Shown here: positions 18,409 to 27,089 of the stretch, piece by piece
Position numbering within the stretch: position 1 is the first letter of the stretch
Layout of the letters: every line of letters starts with the position of its first letter
Virus record (IMG/VR): IMGVR_UViG_3300021185_003522
Coordinates: 1 to 64,000 of that record
Length of the DNA: 64,000 bases
Strand: one strand, 5' to 3'
From: a virus
Program-made: the position numbers and the translations under genes
Notes under the pieces: model-generated
The model's input: the letters and a program-made list of their open reading frames with translations, nothing else
Databases searched by the model: none
What the model was told of the DNA's origin: nothing

Positions 18409-19788
18409 CTATGAAAAATGTATTTGATAAAATATTCCTAAACTTTCGCTTAGTTTGTCTTGTAGTACGAACGCAATGATTAAACACATTGGTTCTGTTT
18501 TCCTTAGCAAGTATCCTAACGGAGCCAGTACTAATAGAATGGTCATATAGTAACGTGCTTCATGACCCATTGCACCTAGATAGTATGTTAAGCAAACTAG
18601 AAAAATACCAGTGCCCCACAACATGTGTTTGACACTTATTTTCTTAAGTACGTTTACATATCTAACTAGTGGCCAGGCCATTAAAAAACATGTTGCATTT
18701 ATGATTATAAACCATAGTGCAATCTGTTCAAACATTCCTACTTCAACAGTTGTTTCATAACTGATGTGGTAGCTCTTTATATCCATGAAACTTAAAAGCA
18801 CAGCTTCACTTACACTAATAGGTATTCCTATCAACATCAATGGCAATAAACTTACAAGTCCTGTACTGTTGTTAGCAGTCTCTGCACTCACTAAACTTTT
18901 AATGTCACCTTTGTCGTCGTAGGAGCCTTGTTTAACACGCATCTTCTTCTCAATTGCATAGCTGATATTCGAACTTACGTTGCTACCAATATGAGGTACT
19001 AATCCTATAAATGCTCCAAATGCACTACCACGAAGACTGCTTGGAAGATGTTTTAAAAACTCTTTAAGGTGTTCATAAAAACTATTCTTATCTTCATATT
19101 CAAGATTGCTGGTATAATTGTTAAACATACCAGCTGTCTGTAACAGTGTAGGAAACACATACAGTGCAACAATTACCGGAAACAATGGTATTTGATGCAT
19201 TAGTAATGGAAAGGTTTCGTAAGGAATAACTTCAGGAAGAAACACAAAGTAGGGGCTCCAATTTGTGCCAATTAATCCTAAAAGTATACCAATACTAAAC
19301 ACAAGAATATTCTGTATAATACTCTTGCCTAATAGAAAACATATGCTTGTACTTGCTAAGAACAAAATTATAATTTGTACATTGTTGTTGTAAAAATTTT
19401 TAATCAAGTCTATAGCAAAAGGCATTACCATGTACACACTAATCAGTGCAACAAATGATCCTAGTACACTGCCCAAGGCCGCATTTGAAATAGCAAAGTT
19501 ACCTACTCCGCGATTGAACATTCTATTGCCTTCAACCACTGCGGGTAAACTTGAACTTTCTCCTGGCACACCAAACACTGTGGCAACAATACTTCCTGAA
19601 AACTGACTACTGCTTATCACAGCAAGATAGTACAGTAACATTTGCAACATACTAGCATCTTTTAACAGAGGGTAGCTCATCACAATCATTATGGTATTGC
19701 CTACACCAGGCACAAACCCAGAAATAAATCCAAGCAGTGTTCCTAGTACAACAAAAAGTGTATCGTCCATCAATATGCTTTCCATCAC
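18409..19788 (-). CDS. tctA: tripartite tricarboxylate transporter large permease TctA
   Basis: GFVPGVG, GVPGESSS, GLVPHIG, ETANNS, GIP; many TM segments. Confidence 0.85.
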   Translation of the reverse strand: MMESILMDDTLFVVLGTLLGFISGFVPGVGNTIMIVMSYPLLKDASMLQMLLYYLAVISSSQFSGSIVATVFGVPGESSSLPAVVEGNRMFNRGVGNFAISNAALGSVLGSFVALISVYMVMPFAIDLIKNFYNNNVQIIILFLASTSICFLLGKSIIQNILVFSIGILLGLIGTNWSPYFVFLPEVIPYETFPLLMHQIPLFPVIVALYVFPTLLQTAGMFNNYTSNLEYEDKNSFYEHLKEFLKHLPSSLRGSAFGAFIGLVPHIGSNVSSNISYAIEKKMRVKQGSYDDKGDIKSLVSAETANNSTGLVSLLPLMLIGIPISVSEAVLLSFMDIKSYHISYETTVEVGMFEQIALWFIIINATCFLMAWPLVRYVNVLKKISVKHMLWGTGIFLVCLTYYLGAMGHEARYYMTILLVLAPLGYLLRKTEPMCLIIAFVLQDKLSESLGIFYQIHFS

Positions 19789-19790
19789 TA

Positions 19791-19819
19791 ATGATATAAT
19801 ACATTATTCAAACTGTCAA
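19791..19819 (-). promoter_or_regulatory. sigma70-type promoter for the tctA operon
   Basis: Minus strand TTGACA(19819-19814)-17-TATCAT(19796-19791). Confidence 0.55.
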
Positions 19820-19857
19820 ACAGTTTGGTAAAAGTATTAGGTTTATTTTAAATTAAA

Positions 19858-19955
19858 AACTAGGCGGTATGCCGTACGGTGGGCGTTCTGTTAAGTAAAG
19901 GGTTTCCCCTGGCGTCCATTTAGTCCGAAGTCACTGAATGTGGCTTTGTTACATC
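19858..19955 (-). ncRNA. putative small structured RNA
   Basis: GC-rich intergenic island right after a minus-strand TAAATA (19961-19956), with AAGCCAC/GTGACTT and AGGG-GAAA-CCCT hairpins and a terminal T run. Confidence 0.4.
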
Positions 19956-19971
19956 TATTTACACAAAAAGG

Positions 19972-20017
19972 TTGACAGGTTGTAATTTTGTGTTATACTG
20001 TATGTACAGTTAGAAAA
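19972..20017 (+). promoter_or_regulatory. sigma70-type promoter with ACAGTTAGAAAA box
   Basis: TTGACA(19972)-16-TATACT(19994), then GTATGTACAGTTAGAAA, identical to the copy at 22631. Confidence 0.8.
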
Positions 20018-20030
20018 TAGGAGATAGTAT

Positions 20031-20249
20031 ATGACAAATCCAATTAGTATAAATTCACTTAAAAAAATTATTGAGAAGTCGCCTAATAGAATTGCTTTAT
20101 TATGCAGGACACTTCCTTATACAATTGAAGTGGAACAAGCACGTGATGAGCCTAACAAAAAGGTTATTGATGGACTTATTCAAAAATTGTTAATGGTTAG
20201 ATCATTAGCAAGAAAAAATAATATTCCAACACACGGATTAATAGGTTGA
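20031..20249 (+). CDS. hypothetical protein
   Basis: AGGAG RBS; 72 aa. Confidence 0.7.
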   Translation: MTNPISINSLKKIIEKSPNRIALLCRTLPYTIEVEQARDEPNKKVIDGLIQKLLMVRSLARKNNIPTHGLIG

Positions 20250-20292
20250 CATATACTAAAAGTATGTTATTATAAAGACACAGTTAGAAAAC
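20246..20292 (+). promoter_or_regulatory. sigma70-type promoter with ACAGTTAGAAAA box
   Basis: TTGACA(20246)-16-TATTAT(20268); ACAGTTAGAAAAC at 20280-20292. Confidence 0.75.
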
Positions 20293-20311
20293 AAACAGAA
20301 GGATATAGCCC

Positions 20312-21406
20312 ATGTCAAGTTCAAGTCAAGTAGAATATAGAACAGTTACTACTGCTGGTGCAAAAAGTGCAATTAAAGTAGCATTCAAAAAACAAAGACC
20401 AATATTTTTATGGGGCCCTCCAGGTGTTGGTAAGTCAGATATAGTTCAGCAGATCACAGATGATGCTGGTGGTTATATGTTTGATTTACGTTTAGGTCAA
20501 ATGGATCCAACAGACCTTAGAGGTATGCCTTACTTTAACAAAGAAGATGGTGTAATGGACTGGGCTCCGCCTGTTGATCTTCCAACACCTGAGTTTGCTA
20601 AAGACTATCCAATGATCACAGTGTTCTTGGATGAGATGAATTCAGCTCCAGCAAGTGTGCAAGCGGCCGCTTATCAGTTGGTGCTTAACAGAAGACTAGG
20701 CAAGTATGTGTTGCCGGACAATGTGGTTATTATTGCCGCTGGTAATAGAGAGTCAGACAAAGGTGTTACGTTCCGTATGCCTACTCCGCTTGCAAATAGA
20801 TTTGTACATGTTGAAATACGTGCAGATTTTGAGGCTTGGTTAGATTGGGCAGTGGATAAAAACATTCATCCTGATGTAGTAGGTTACTTGAGTTTTGCCA
20901 AGCAGGACCTGTATGACTTTGATGCTAAGAGTGCTTCAAGAGCTTTTGCTACTCCAAGATCATGGAGTTTTGTAAGTGAGCTTATTGAAGAAGACATGAG
21001 TGATACTACTGCAACTGATCTTATTGCAGGTACTGTGGGTGAAGGCTTAGCAGTAAAGTTTCAAGCACACAGAAAGATTGCTGGTAAACTTCCTAATCCA
21101 ACTGATGTACTTGCTGGTAAGGTAAGCAAATTAGATGTACAAGAAGTTAGTGCAATGTATTCACTTACTATTAGTATGTGCTATGAGCTTAAAGAAGCAT
21201 TAGCAACTGTTAAAGATGCTGAGTTTCACAAGATGAGTGATAACTTCTTTAGGTTTATGATGGATAACTTTGAAACTGAGTTAGTTGTTATGGGTGCAAG
21301 GATTGCATTGACAACATATGCTATTCCGTTTCAACCTACTAAACTTAAAAACTTTGATGAGTTTCATCAACGTTATGGAAAATATATCCTTGCAAGTCAA
21401 GGGTAA
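20312..21406 (+). CDS. MoxR-like AAA+ ATPase
   Basis: Walker A GPPGVGKS, Walker B VFLDEMN, sensor AAGN, arginine finger LANRF. Confidence 0.9.
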   Translation: MSSSSQVEYRTVTTAGAKSAIKVAFKKQRPIFLWGPPGVGKSDIVQQITDDAGGYMFDLRLGQMDPTDLRGMPYFNKEDGVMDWAPPVDLPTPEFAKDYPMITVFLDEMNSAPASVQAAAYQLVLNRRLGKYVLPDNVVIIAAGNRESDKGVTFRMPTPLANRFVHVEIRADFEAWLDWAVDKNIHPDVVGYLSFAKQDLYDFDAKSASRAFATPRSWSFVSELIEEDMSDTTATDLIAGTVGEGLAVKFQAHRKIAGKLPNPTDVLAGKVSKLDVQEVSAMYSLTISMCYELKEALATVKDAEFHKMSDNFFRFMMDNFETELVVMGARIALTTYAIPFQPTKLKNFDEFHQRYGKYILASQG

Positions 21407-21410
21407 GGCA

Positions 21411-21474
21411 TTGGTTGAGGGCCGTTTTCTAACTGTAAATCGAAAAGCATAGGGCTATGCAGGCCCTCAACCAA
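21411..21474 (+). other. perfect 13-bp inverted repeat enclosing the reverse complement of the promoter box
   Basis: TTGGTTGAGGGCC(21411-21423)/GGCCCTCAACCAA(21462-21474); the interior holds GTTTTCTAACTGTA and GCATAG/CTATGC. Confidence 0.75.
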
Positions 21475-21486
21475 ATCACAGGCGCT

Positions 21487-21768
21487 ATGGATGACATAGA
21501 CACAATACTACAGAAGCACTTGAGAAATTATACTCAAGTGTTTCGTCGTTATACACCGTATGATCCTCGAGAATGGACCGAATTACTGAAACGTGTTCAC
21601 CGAGACTTTGGCCGACCCAGTGAACGTTGGGCTTGGATGATTGATCATGAGTGGCAAAAACAAATGATGGAAGATCCAGAATGGCGTGGTGTTGCAGTTA
21701 ATGAATGGCATGTGATATTTTACTTCAAAGAAGAATCAGACGCTGTGATGTTTGGACTTAAATACTAG
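21487..21768 (+). CDS. hypothetical protein
   Basis: Ends FYFKEESDAVMFGLKY, a motif echoed by the next ORF. Confidence 0.65.
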   Translation: MDDIDTILQKHLRNYTQVFRRYTPYDPREWTELLKRVHRDFGRPSERWAWMIDHEWQKQMMEDPEWRGVAVNEWHVIFYFKEESDAVMFGLKY

Positions 21769-21769
21769 C

Positions 21770-22111
21770 ATGAAATATTTTGTTAAACAATTAGATGGCC
21801 GTTATGCACACAATAATTATTTTGATTATTGTATTGACTTTCCTCGCAATCAATTTGGTCCAATGGAGTTTCACACTGTTATGGGTTGGCTGATTGAAAC
21901 CTATGGCTATAGTGCAGAAGTACGTGACTTTATGTGGATACGAGGCATGCTACAAAAACGGCAACAGTTTAATGTTCCTGATTCAGACGCACCTCCTTTT
22001 GTTAATAGACAGTGGAGTTGGACAAATGGAACAAACAATCTAAGAGTATACTTAAAATCAGAAAAAGAATTAAGTTTTTTTAAACTAAAGTGGCCACATG
22101 AGAACAATTGA
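21770..22111 (+). CDS. hypothetical protein
   Basis: Ends VYLKSEKELSFFKLKW; TAAATA-N5-ATG start. Confidence 0.7.
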   Translation: MKYFVKQLDGRYAHNNYFDYCIDFPRNQFGPMEFHTVMGWLIETYGYSAEVRDFMWIRGMLQKRQQFNVPDSDAPPFVNRQWSWTNGTNNLRVYLKSEKELSFFKLKWPHENN

Positions 22112-22322
22112 TTTACATGGCAAAACCATACACGATGCATGGAAGGTATTCATAGCATTTGCATATGAGAAATGGCTGGATAAAGAAAAAGAAATACGTG
22201 TTATTACTGGACATGGTGCAATACAAAAAGAATTCCCTAGTTGGTGTGATGCTTGTCAACATGTGAAACGTTATGAAACAGAACCATATAACAGAGGAAG
22301 TTTTAAGGTGAGATTACGATGA
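22098..22322 (+). CDS. stand-alone Smr domain protein
   Basis: IDLHG, VITGHG and NRGSFKV motifs of the Smr/MutS2 C-terminal domain. Confidence 0.85.
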   Translation: MRTIDLHGKTIHDAWKVFIAFAYEKWLDKEKEIRVITGHGAIQKEFPSWCDACQHVKRYETEPYNRGSFKVRLR

Positions 22323-22525
22323 CACAGAGTATCTATGTGGTTGAAAAATGCAGTGCCAACACTTCCTATCGAGAATTGGTAGGAGTTTATAGCACCAGGG
22401 AATTAGCAGACCGTGGTGGTGAAGAAAGTTTAGAATTTAATGAACCTACAAATTGGAACATTACTATTACAATAGTGCCTCTTGATGGCAAATTAGTTTC
22501 TTGTGTCTCAGGAGAGGGTAACTGA
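22319..22525 (+). CDS. hypothetical protein
   Basis: 68 aa, ATGA overlap; IYVV...LVGVYSTRELA. Confidence 0.6.
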   Translation: MTQSIYVVEKCSANTSYRELVGVYSTRELADRGGEESLEFNEPTNWNITITIVPLDGKLVSCVSGEGN

Positions 22526-22602
22526 GAGTCGGGGTGCAACGTTCTGTGTTGCACATGATAGTGGGCGAGGTTAGGTGGCAGCTATCTTTTCTGTTAAAAA
22601 GG

Positions 22603-22647
22603 TTGACACAGTTCATATATGTGTTATACTGTATGTACAGTTAGAAA
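22603..22647 (+). promoter_or_regulatory. sigma70-type promoter with ACAGTTAGAAA box
   Basis: TTGACA(22603)-16-TATACT(22625), then GTATGTACAGTTAGAAA. Confidence 0.8.
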
Positions 22648-22660
22648 TTAGGAGTGGCAC

Positions 22661-23920
22661 ATGGCAGATACAGTAAACAAGGATATTGCAGATAAGTTCA
22701 AGGACATACTAGGTCCAATGGATCCTGCACGTGATAGAGAAGTACGTGAAATATTAATTACTGCAAGGGTTGGTATGCTGTTACGTGCTAGTTTCTTTGG
22801 TAACCTAGCAACACGTTTGAAACTTGTTAATGCTGATGAATGGTGTTCTACTGCAGCAACTGATGGTAGAAACTTTTACTACAATTCAAAGTTTATTAAA
22901 ATGCTACGTCCTAAAGAAGTTGAATTCTTGTTTGGACATGAAGTATTACATTGTGTATATGATCATATGGGCAGACGTGGTGACAGAGATCCACAGTTGC
23001 ATAACATAGCCGCTGACTATTGTGTTAATGCTGATCTATCAAAGCACAGAGTAGGTGAGTTTATTAAAACTGTTCCATGTTTGTATGATTCTAAATATGA
23101 AGGTTGGAGTTCAGAAGAAGTATATGATGACCTTTATGAGAATGCTGATAAGATTGATATGGACGAACTTGTTAAGCAGATGATTGATCAGCACTTGGAT
23201 GGTAAAGAAGGTGAAGGCGATGAGGGAGAAGATGGCAAGAGTGGACCAGCAAAGTTCAGCAAAGAAGAACGTGAAAAGATCAAAGAAGAAATAAAAGAAG
23301 CAATGCTAAGTGCCGCACAGGCATCGGATCCAGGCAATGTACCAGCAGGTGTTAAACGTATTGTTGCACAACTTACTGAGCCTAAGATGAACTGGAGAGA
23401 CTTGCTACGTATGCAGATGCAAAGCACTATCAAATCAGACTATACATTTAAACGTATGCACCGTAAGGGTTGGCACATGGATGCTATACTTCCGGGTATG
23501 GACAATGATGAATATGTTGATATCTTTTGTGCATTGGACATGAGTGGTTCAATTGGCTCTGAACAGGGTAGAGACTTTATGAGTGAAGTCAAAGGCATTA
23601 TGGAAGAATATGGACAGTTCCGTGTTACCATTTGTTGTTTTGATACTGATGTTTATAATGTGCAGGTGTTTACAGATGACAACATAGATGAGATCGACGA
23701 GTATGAAATCAAAGGTGGTGGCGGTACTGACTTTGATTGTGTGTTCAATTACCTAAAAGAAGAAGGCATTGATCCTAAAAGATTGGTTATGTTTACAGAT
23801 GGTTATCCTTATGATAGTTGGGGTGATCCTAACTACTGTGATACAGTGTTTATTATACATGGCGATAAGAATCCTAATCCGCCCTTTGGTACTTGGGCAA
23901 TATATGAAGATGATTCATGA
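22661..23920 (+). CDS. metallopeptidase-like + VWA domain protein (DUF2201-type MoxR partner)
   Basis: TAATDG, HEVLH (HExxH), MIDAS DMSGS, GGGTDF, FTDG. Confidence 0.88.
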   Translation: MADTVNKDIADKFKDILGPMDPARDREVREILITARVGMLLRASFFGNLATRLKLVNADEWCSTAATDGRNFYYNSKFIKMLRPKEVEFLFGHEVLHCVYDHMGRRGDRDPQLHNIAADYCVNADLSKHRVGEFIKTVPCLYDSKYEGWSSEEVYDDLYENADKIDMDELVKQMIDQHLDGKEGEGDEGEDGKSGPAKFSKEEREKIKEEIKEAMLSAAQASDPGNVPAGVKRIVAQLTEPKMNWRDLLRMQMQSTIKSDYTFKRMHRKGWHMDAILPGMDNDEYVDIFCALDMSGSIGSEQGRDFMSEVKGIMEEYGQFRVTICCFDTDVYNVQVFTDDNIDEIDEYEIKGGGGTDFDCVFNYLKEEGIDPKRLVMFTDGYPYDSWGDPNYCDTVFIIHGDKNPNPPFGTWAIYEDDS

Positions 23921-24092
23921 TCCTGAACATTTAGACCTCGAAGAAACTACTTGTTTAGAAGAAGTAACCAATCATGACTATAGCGATGCACCAGAATGGG
24001 CATGTCCAAGAGATTGGTTTATACGTAGCAAGTATGAATTAGAATGGAATGATCCTGAAACTGCTTGTTTTATGGAACGACCGGACTACTAA
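23910..24092 (+). CDS. acidic hypothetical protein
   Basis: 3' part of track ORF 23769, starting at the end of the VWA gene. Confidence 0.45.
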   Translation: MIHDPEHLDLEETTCLEEVTNHDYSDAPEWACPRDWFIRSKYELEWNDPETACFMERPDY

Positions 24093-24160
24093 TTTTACCT
24101 AAACCCGCTAAAACCAGTAAATAAACTACGTAGTTAACTCACAATAGGATAATTAAAAGT

Positions 24161-24415
24161 ATGACAGATACTAAAGAAAACAAAGAAATTCCCTTGCCTA
24201 AAACAGAGGCACCAGAAGAGGTTCAACTTACCATTGGTGATATTTCAACAGTGAAAACAATAATTGAAATTGCATCCTCTAAAGGTGCATTCAAAGCAGA
24301 AGAGCTACATGTGGTAGGTTTAACCTACGATAGAATAACTAAATGGCTCTTAGCTAACCAACCCCCAAAAGATGCAGAAGAGACGTCTACTGCTAAAGGA
24401 GATGAAAATGATTAA
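24161..24415 (+). CDS. hypothetical protein
   Basis: AGGA RBS; LTIGDI...IEIASSKGAFKAEEL. Confidence 0.75.
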   Translation: MTDTKENKEIPLPKTEAPEEVQLTIGDISTVKTIIEIASSKGAFKAEELHVVGLTYDRITKWLLANQPPKDAEETSTAKGDEND

Positions 24416-25145
24416 ACACGTAGGAAAACACGCCGATCGCAAAATAGTAATTGTGTTCAATGAAGTACCAAATGAAGAACATATGTGTATTGCACTTTAT
24501 CCAGACTTACTACAAAAAAATATGCATGACGATATAATGGCTGCTATTGAAAGTACTGAAGGACAAGCGGCTGAAAATTTAGGCGACGCATTGGGCAGTA
24601 AGTATTTCAGTGATGGTACAGTAATATTGAACAGACTACATTCTGAGAATCTTCTTAAGAAGATACAATGTGAGCAAGTTATATTAACTCCAACACCGAA
24701 CAGTAGTGTGTATTTGGATCAAATGAATAAAATTCTTAAAGAAATGAAGACTGGCAAAGAAGCAGTTGAGAGATTAGCAAAGATTGATAGTGAAACAGGT
24801 ATGTCTGGTCAACAGGTACCAAGAGATGCTATGGGTAGACGCATGGATGGCAAAGGAATGGACATTGGTGGACCTGGTGCTAATGTTCCATTACCAGGAG
24901 CATTAAATGAGTCATCGCACAAAGGTATAGTCAATGAAAATACAATGGCTGCACCACAAACAGGTGCACTTAGTGATGACGTAATTGCTAATAACATGAA
25001 AGCTCAAGCTGATAAAATGGCTGCTGAAGCACAAGGAATGATTGCAGAAGCACAGCGTATGCAGGACGAAGCAAACGCCATGATGGGTGTACCAGCAACA
25101 CCTGCTAAAAAGAAACGTGGAAGACCTGCTAAAGCAAAAGCATAA
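24408..25145 (+). CDS. hypothetical protein
   Basis: AGGAG RBS, MIKHVG start, coiled-coil and KKKRGRP (AT-hook-like) C-terminus. Confidence 0.75.
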   Translation: MIKHVGKHADRKIVIVFNEVPNEEHMCIALYPDLLQKNMHDDIMAAIESTEGQAAENLGDALGSKYFSDGTVILNRLHSENLLKKIQCEQVILTPTPNSSVYLDQMNKILKEMKTGKEAVERLAKIDSETGMSGQQVPRDAMGRRMDGKGMDIGGPGANVPLPGALNESSHKGIVNENTMAAPQTGALSDDVIANNMKAQADKMAAEAQGMIAEAQRMQDEANAMMGVPATPAKKKRGRPAKAKA

Positions 25146-25451
25146 ATGTATCTACCATTAACAAAACTTGATAAATGGAAACAGGTAATTGACTCTATCG
25201 ATCAAGAGATAATTCCTATTGATGTTGTTAAAAAAGTTGTTTTCAAACTTGAAGATGGTAAGCAAAAAACAATTAACCTAAGTACACTGCGTAAACAAGG
25301 CTTAGATATCGAAGACATCGAAGTTGTTGTAAACAAAAACATGACTGCTATTACCGATTCAGGCATAGTAAAACTGGACTTTGTTGTTGATGTAAACGCA
25401 GTGGCTGATCGTATAGAACCATTCACAAAAAGGTATTTAGAAAAAATATGA
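25146..25451 (+). CDS. hypothetical protein
   Basis: 101 aa, operonic. Confidence 0.7.
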   Translation: MYLPLTKLDKWKQVIDSIDQEIIPIDVVKKVVFKLEDGKQKTINLSTLRKQGLDIEDIEVVVNKNMTAITDSGIVKLDFVVDVNAVADRIEPFTKRYLEKI

Positions 25452-26128
25452 AAGTAAGATTAGTATCATATAGCAAGCCAAGTGAGTTTGAAGCATATGA
25501 CGAACCACTTAAAAGCACACAGGATCTAATTGCCTATTGTGCAAAAGTTTCCAATCCTAATCATCAAATAAACACTGCTACTCACGAAAGGTTGCTCAAT
25601 TATTTGGTTAAGCACAAACATTGGAGCCCTTTCGAAATGGCAAGTGCTTGTTTAGAAATTCAAACCACTCGTGATATTGCACATCAAATAGTGCGACATA
25701 GAAGTTTTAGTTTCCAAGAGTTTTCGCAACGATATGCCAATCCTGAAGAACAAGGCGACATGTTTGAATATTCAGAAGCCCGACTACAGGATCCAAAGAA
25801 CAGGCAAAACAGTATCAAAACGGATGATGGAAAACTCCAACAGGAATGGGAACAGGCACAAAGACGGGTTGCAGACCTTGCCAAAAAAGAATACAACTGG
25901 GCAATAGACAACGGCATTGCCAAAGAACAAGCACGTAAGGTACTACCTGAAGGCATAACAAAGACCACACTGTATATGAATGGCACCATACGTAGTTGGA
26001 TACACTATGTTGAACTACGTGGTGCAAATGGCACACAACAGGAACACATGGATATTGCACATGCCTGTGCTGATGCAATAGCAAAAATATTCCCAAATAT
26101 AGAGGCCTATGCAAATGACAACAACTAA
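25448..26128 (+). CDS. thyX: FAD-dependent thymidylate synthase
   Basis: HWSPFE, RHRSFSFQEFSQRY (RHRx7S), EQARKVLP. Confidence 0.95.
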   Translation: MKVRLVSYSKPSEFEAYDEPLKSTQDLIAYCAKVSNPNHQINTATHERLLNYLVKHKHWSPFEMASACLEIQTTRDIAHQIVRHRSFSFQEFSQRYANPEEQGDMFEYSEARLQDPKNRQNSIKTDDGKLQQEWEQAQRRVADLAKKEYNWAIDNGIAKEQARKVLPEGITKTTLYMNGTIRSWIHYVELRGANGTQQEHMDIAHACADAIAKIFPNIEAYANDNN

Positions 26129-27089
26129 AAAGAAAAAGATACTTGTAACAGGCGGGCTAGGAAATATTGGACACCATGTTGTAAAGAAATTACAAGCAAT
26201 GAAACATGAAGTCCAGGTAATAGATGCTTTAACCACATACGGCATAACACCTGCAGACGAACTTGAAGATTTAATTAATCAAAGACTTTTGCAAATTAAT
26301 AAAAAAACACCAATCTATAAAGAAGACATTTGCACACCAGCAGTTGATCAAGTATTTGATCTTTTCAAACCAGATGTTGTAGTTCATCTAGCAGGTTTTC
26401 CAGGACCTTACTATGTAGAGAAAAACCCTATTGAAGCAAGCCGAACAATGTGTGTTGGCGTAGCAAACGTTTTAGATTGTTGTACTAGACATAAAACAGA
26501 TAGGTTTGTGTACATAAGCTCAGATAGCGTATATGGCGACTTTGATCATGCACTAGAAGATGATAAACTAGATCCAAATGGTCAATTCAGTATTTGGAAA
26601 ATAGCCGGAGAAGAATTAGTAAAAAACTATACCAATGAAACTGGACAGTCACATGTAATTTTACGTCCAAGTGTAGTCTATGGAGAACGTGAACAGTCAG
26701 ATCGAATGATTGGAGATTATTTTAAACGTGCTATAGCAAACACTACATTATATGTAAAAGGCAAAGATCAAATGCTTGATTTTACCTATGTCAAAGACCT
26801 TGCTGATGGCATTGCGTTGGCGAGTACTACAGAAAATGTAGCCGGCATATACAACATCAGCCGTGGAAAAAAAGAAAAAATTGTTGACGTTGCAAATTTG
26901 ATAGTAAAACTAGTAGGTAAAGGAAAAGTCAAAACCATTGATAAGAAGAAAAACTTTATTAACTATGGCACCTTAGACTGTTCAAAGGCAGAAGACGAAT
27001 TTAAATTCAAACCAAAAACAAACATTGAAAAAGGCTTAGACCTTTATTATAATTGGCTTAAGAAAACAAAAAGAACATGGCCAGAGTAA
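26109..27089 (+). CDS. NAD-dependent epimerase/dehydratase (extended SDR), catalytic Tyr replaced by Phe
   Basis: TGGLGNIG, HLAG, ISSDSVYG, FSIWK where YxxxK is expected, DFTYVKD. Confidence 0.85.
   Translation: MQMTTTKKKKILVTGGLGNIGHHVVKKLQAMKHEVQVIDALTTYGITPADELEDLINQRLLQINKKTPIYKEDICTPAVDQVFDLFKPDVVVHLAGFPGPYYVEKNPIEASRTMCVGVANVLDCCTRHKTDRFVYISSDSVYGDFDHALEDDKLDPNGQFSIWKIAGEELVKNYTNETGQSHVILRPSVVYGEREQSDRMIGDYFKRAIANTTLYVKGKDQMLDFTYVKDLADGIALASTTENVAGIYNISRGKKEKIVDVANLIVKLVGKGKVKTIDKKKNFINYGTLDCSKAEDEFKFKPKTNIEKGLDLYYNWLKKTKRTWPE

Noticed and set aside
21411-21474. Simple rho-independent terminator after moxR
   Set aside because: The 38-nt interior is too large and no U-tract follows on either strand; kept as a finding instead.
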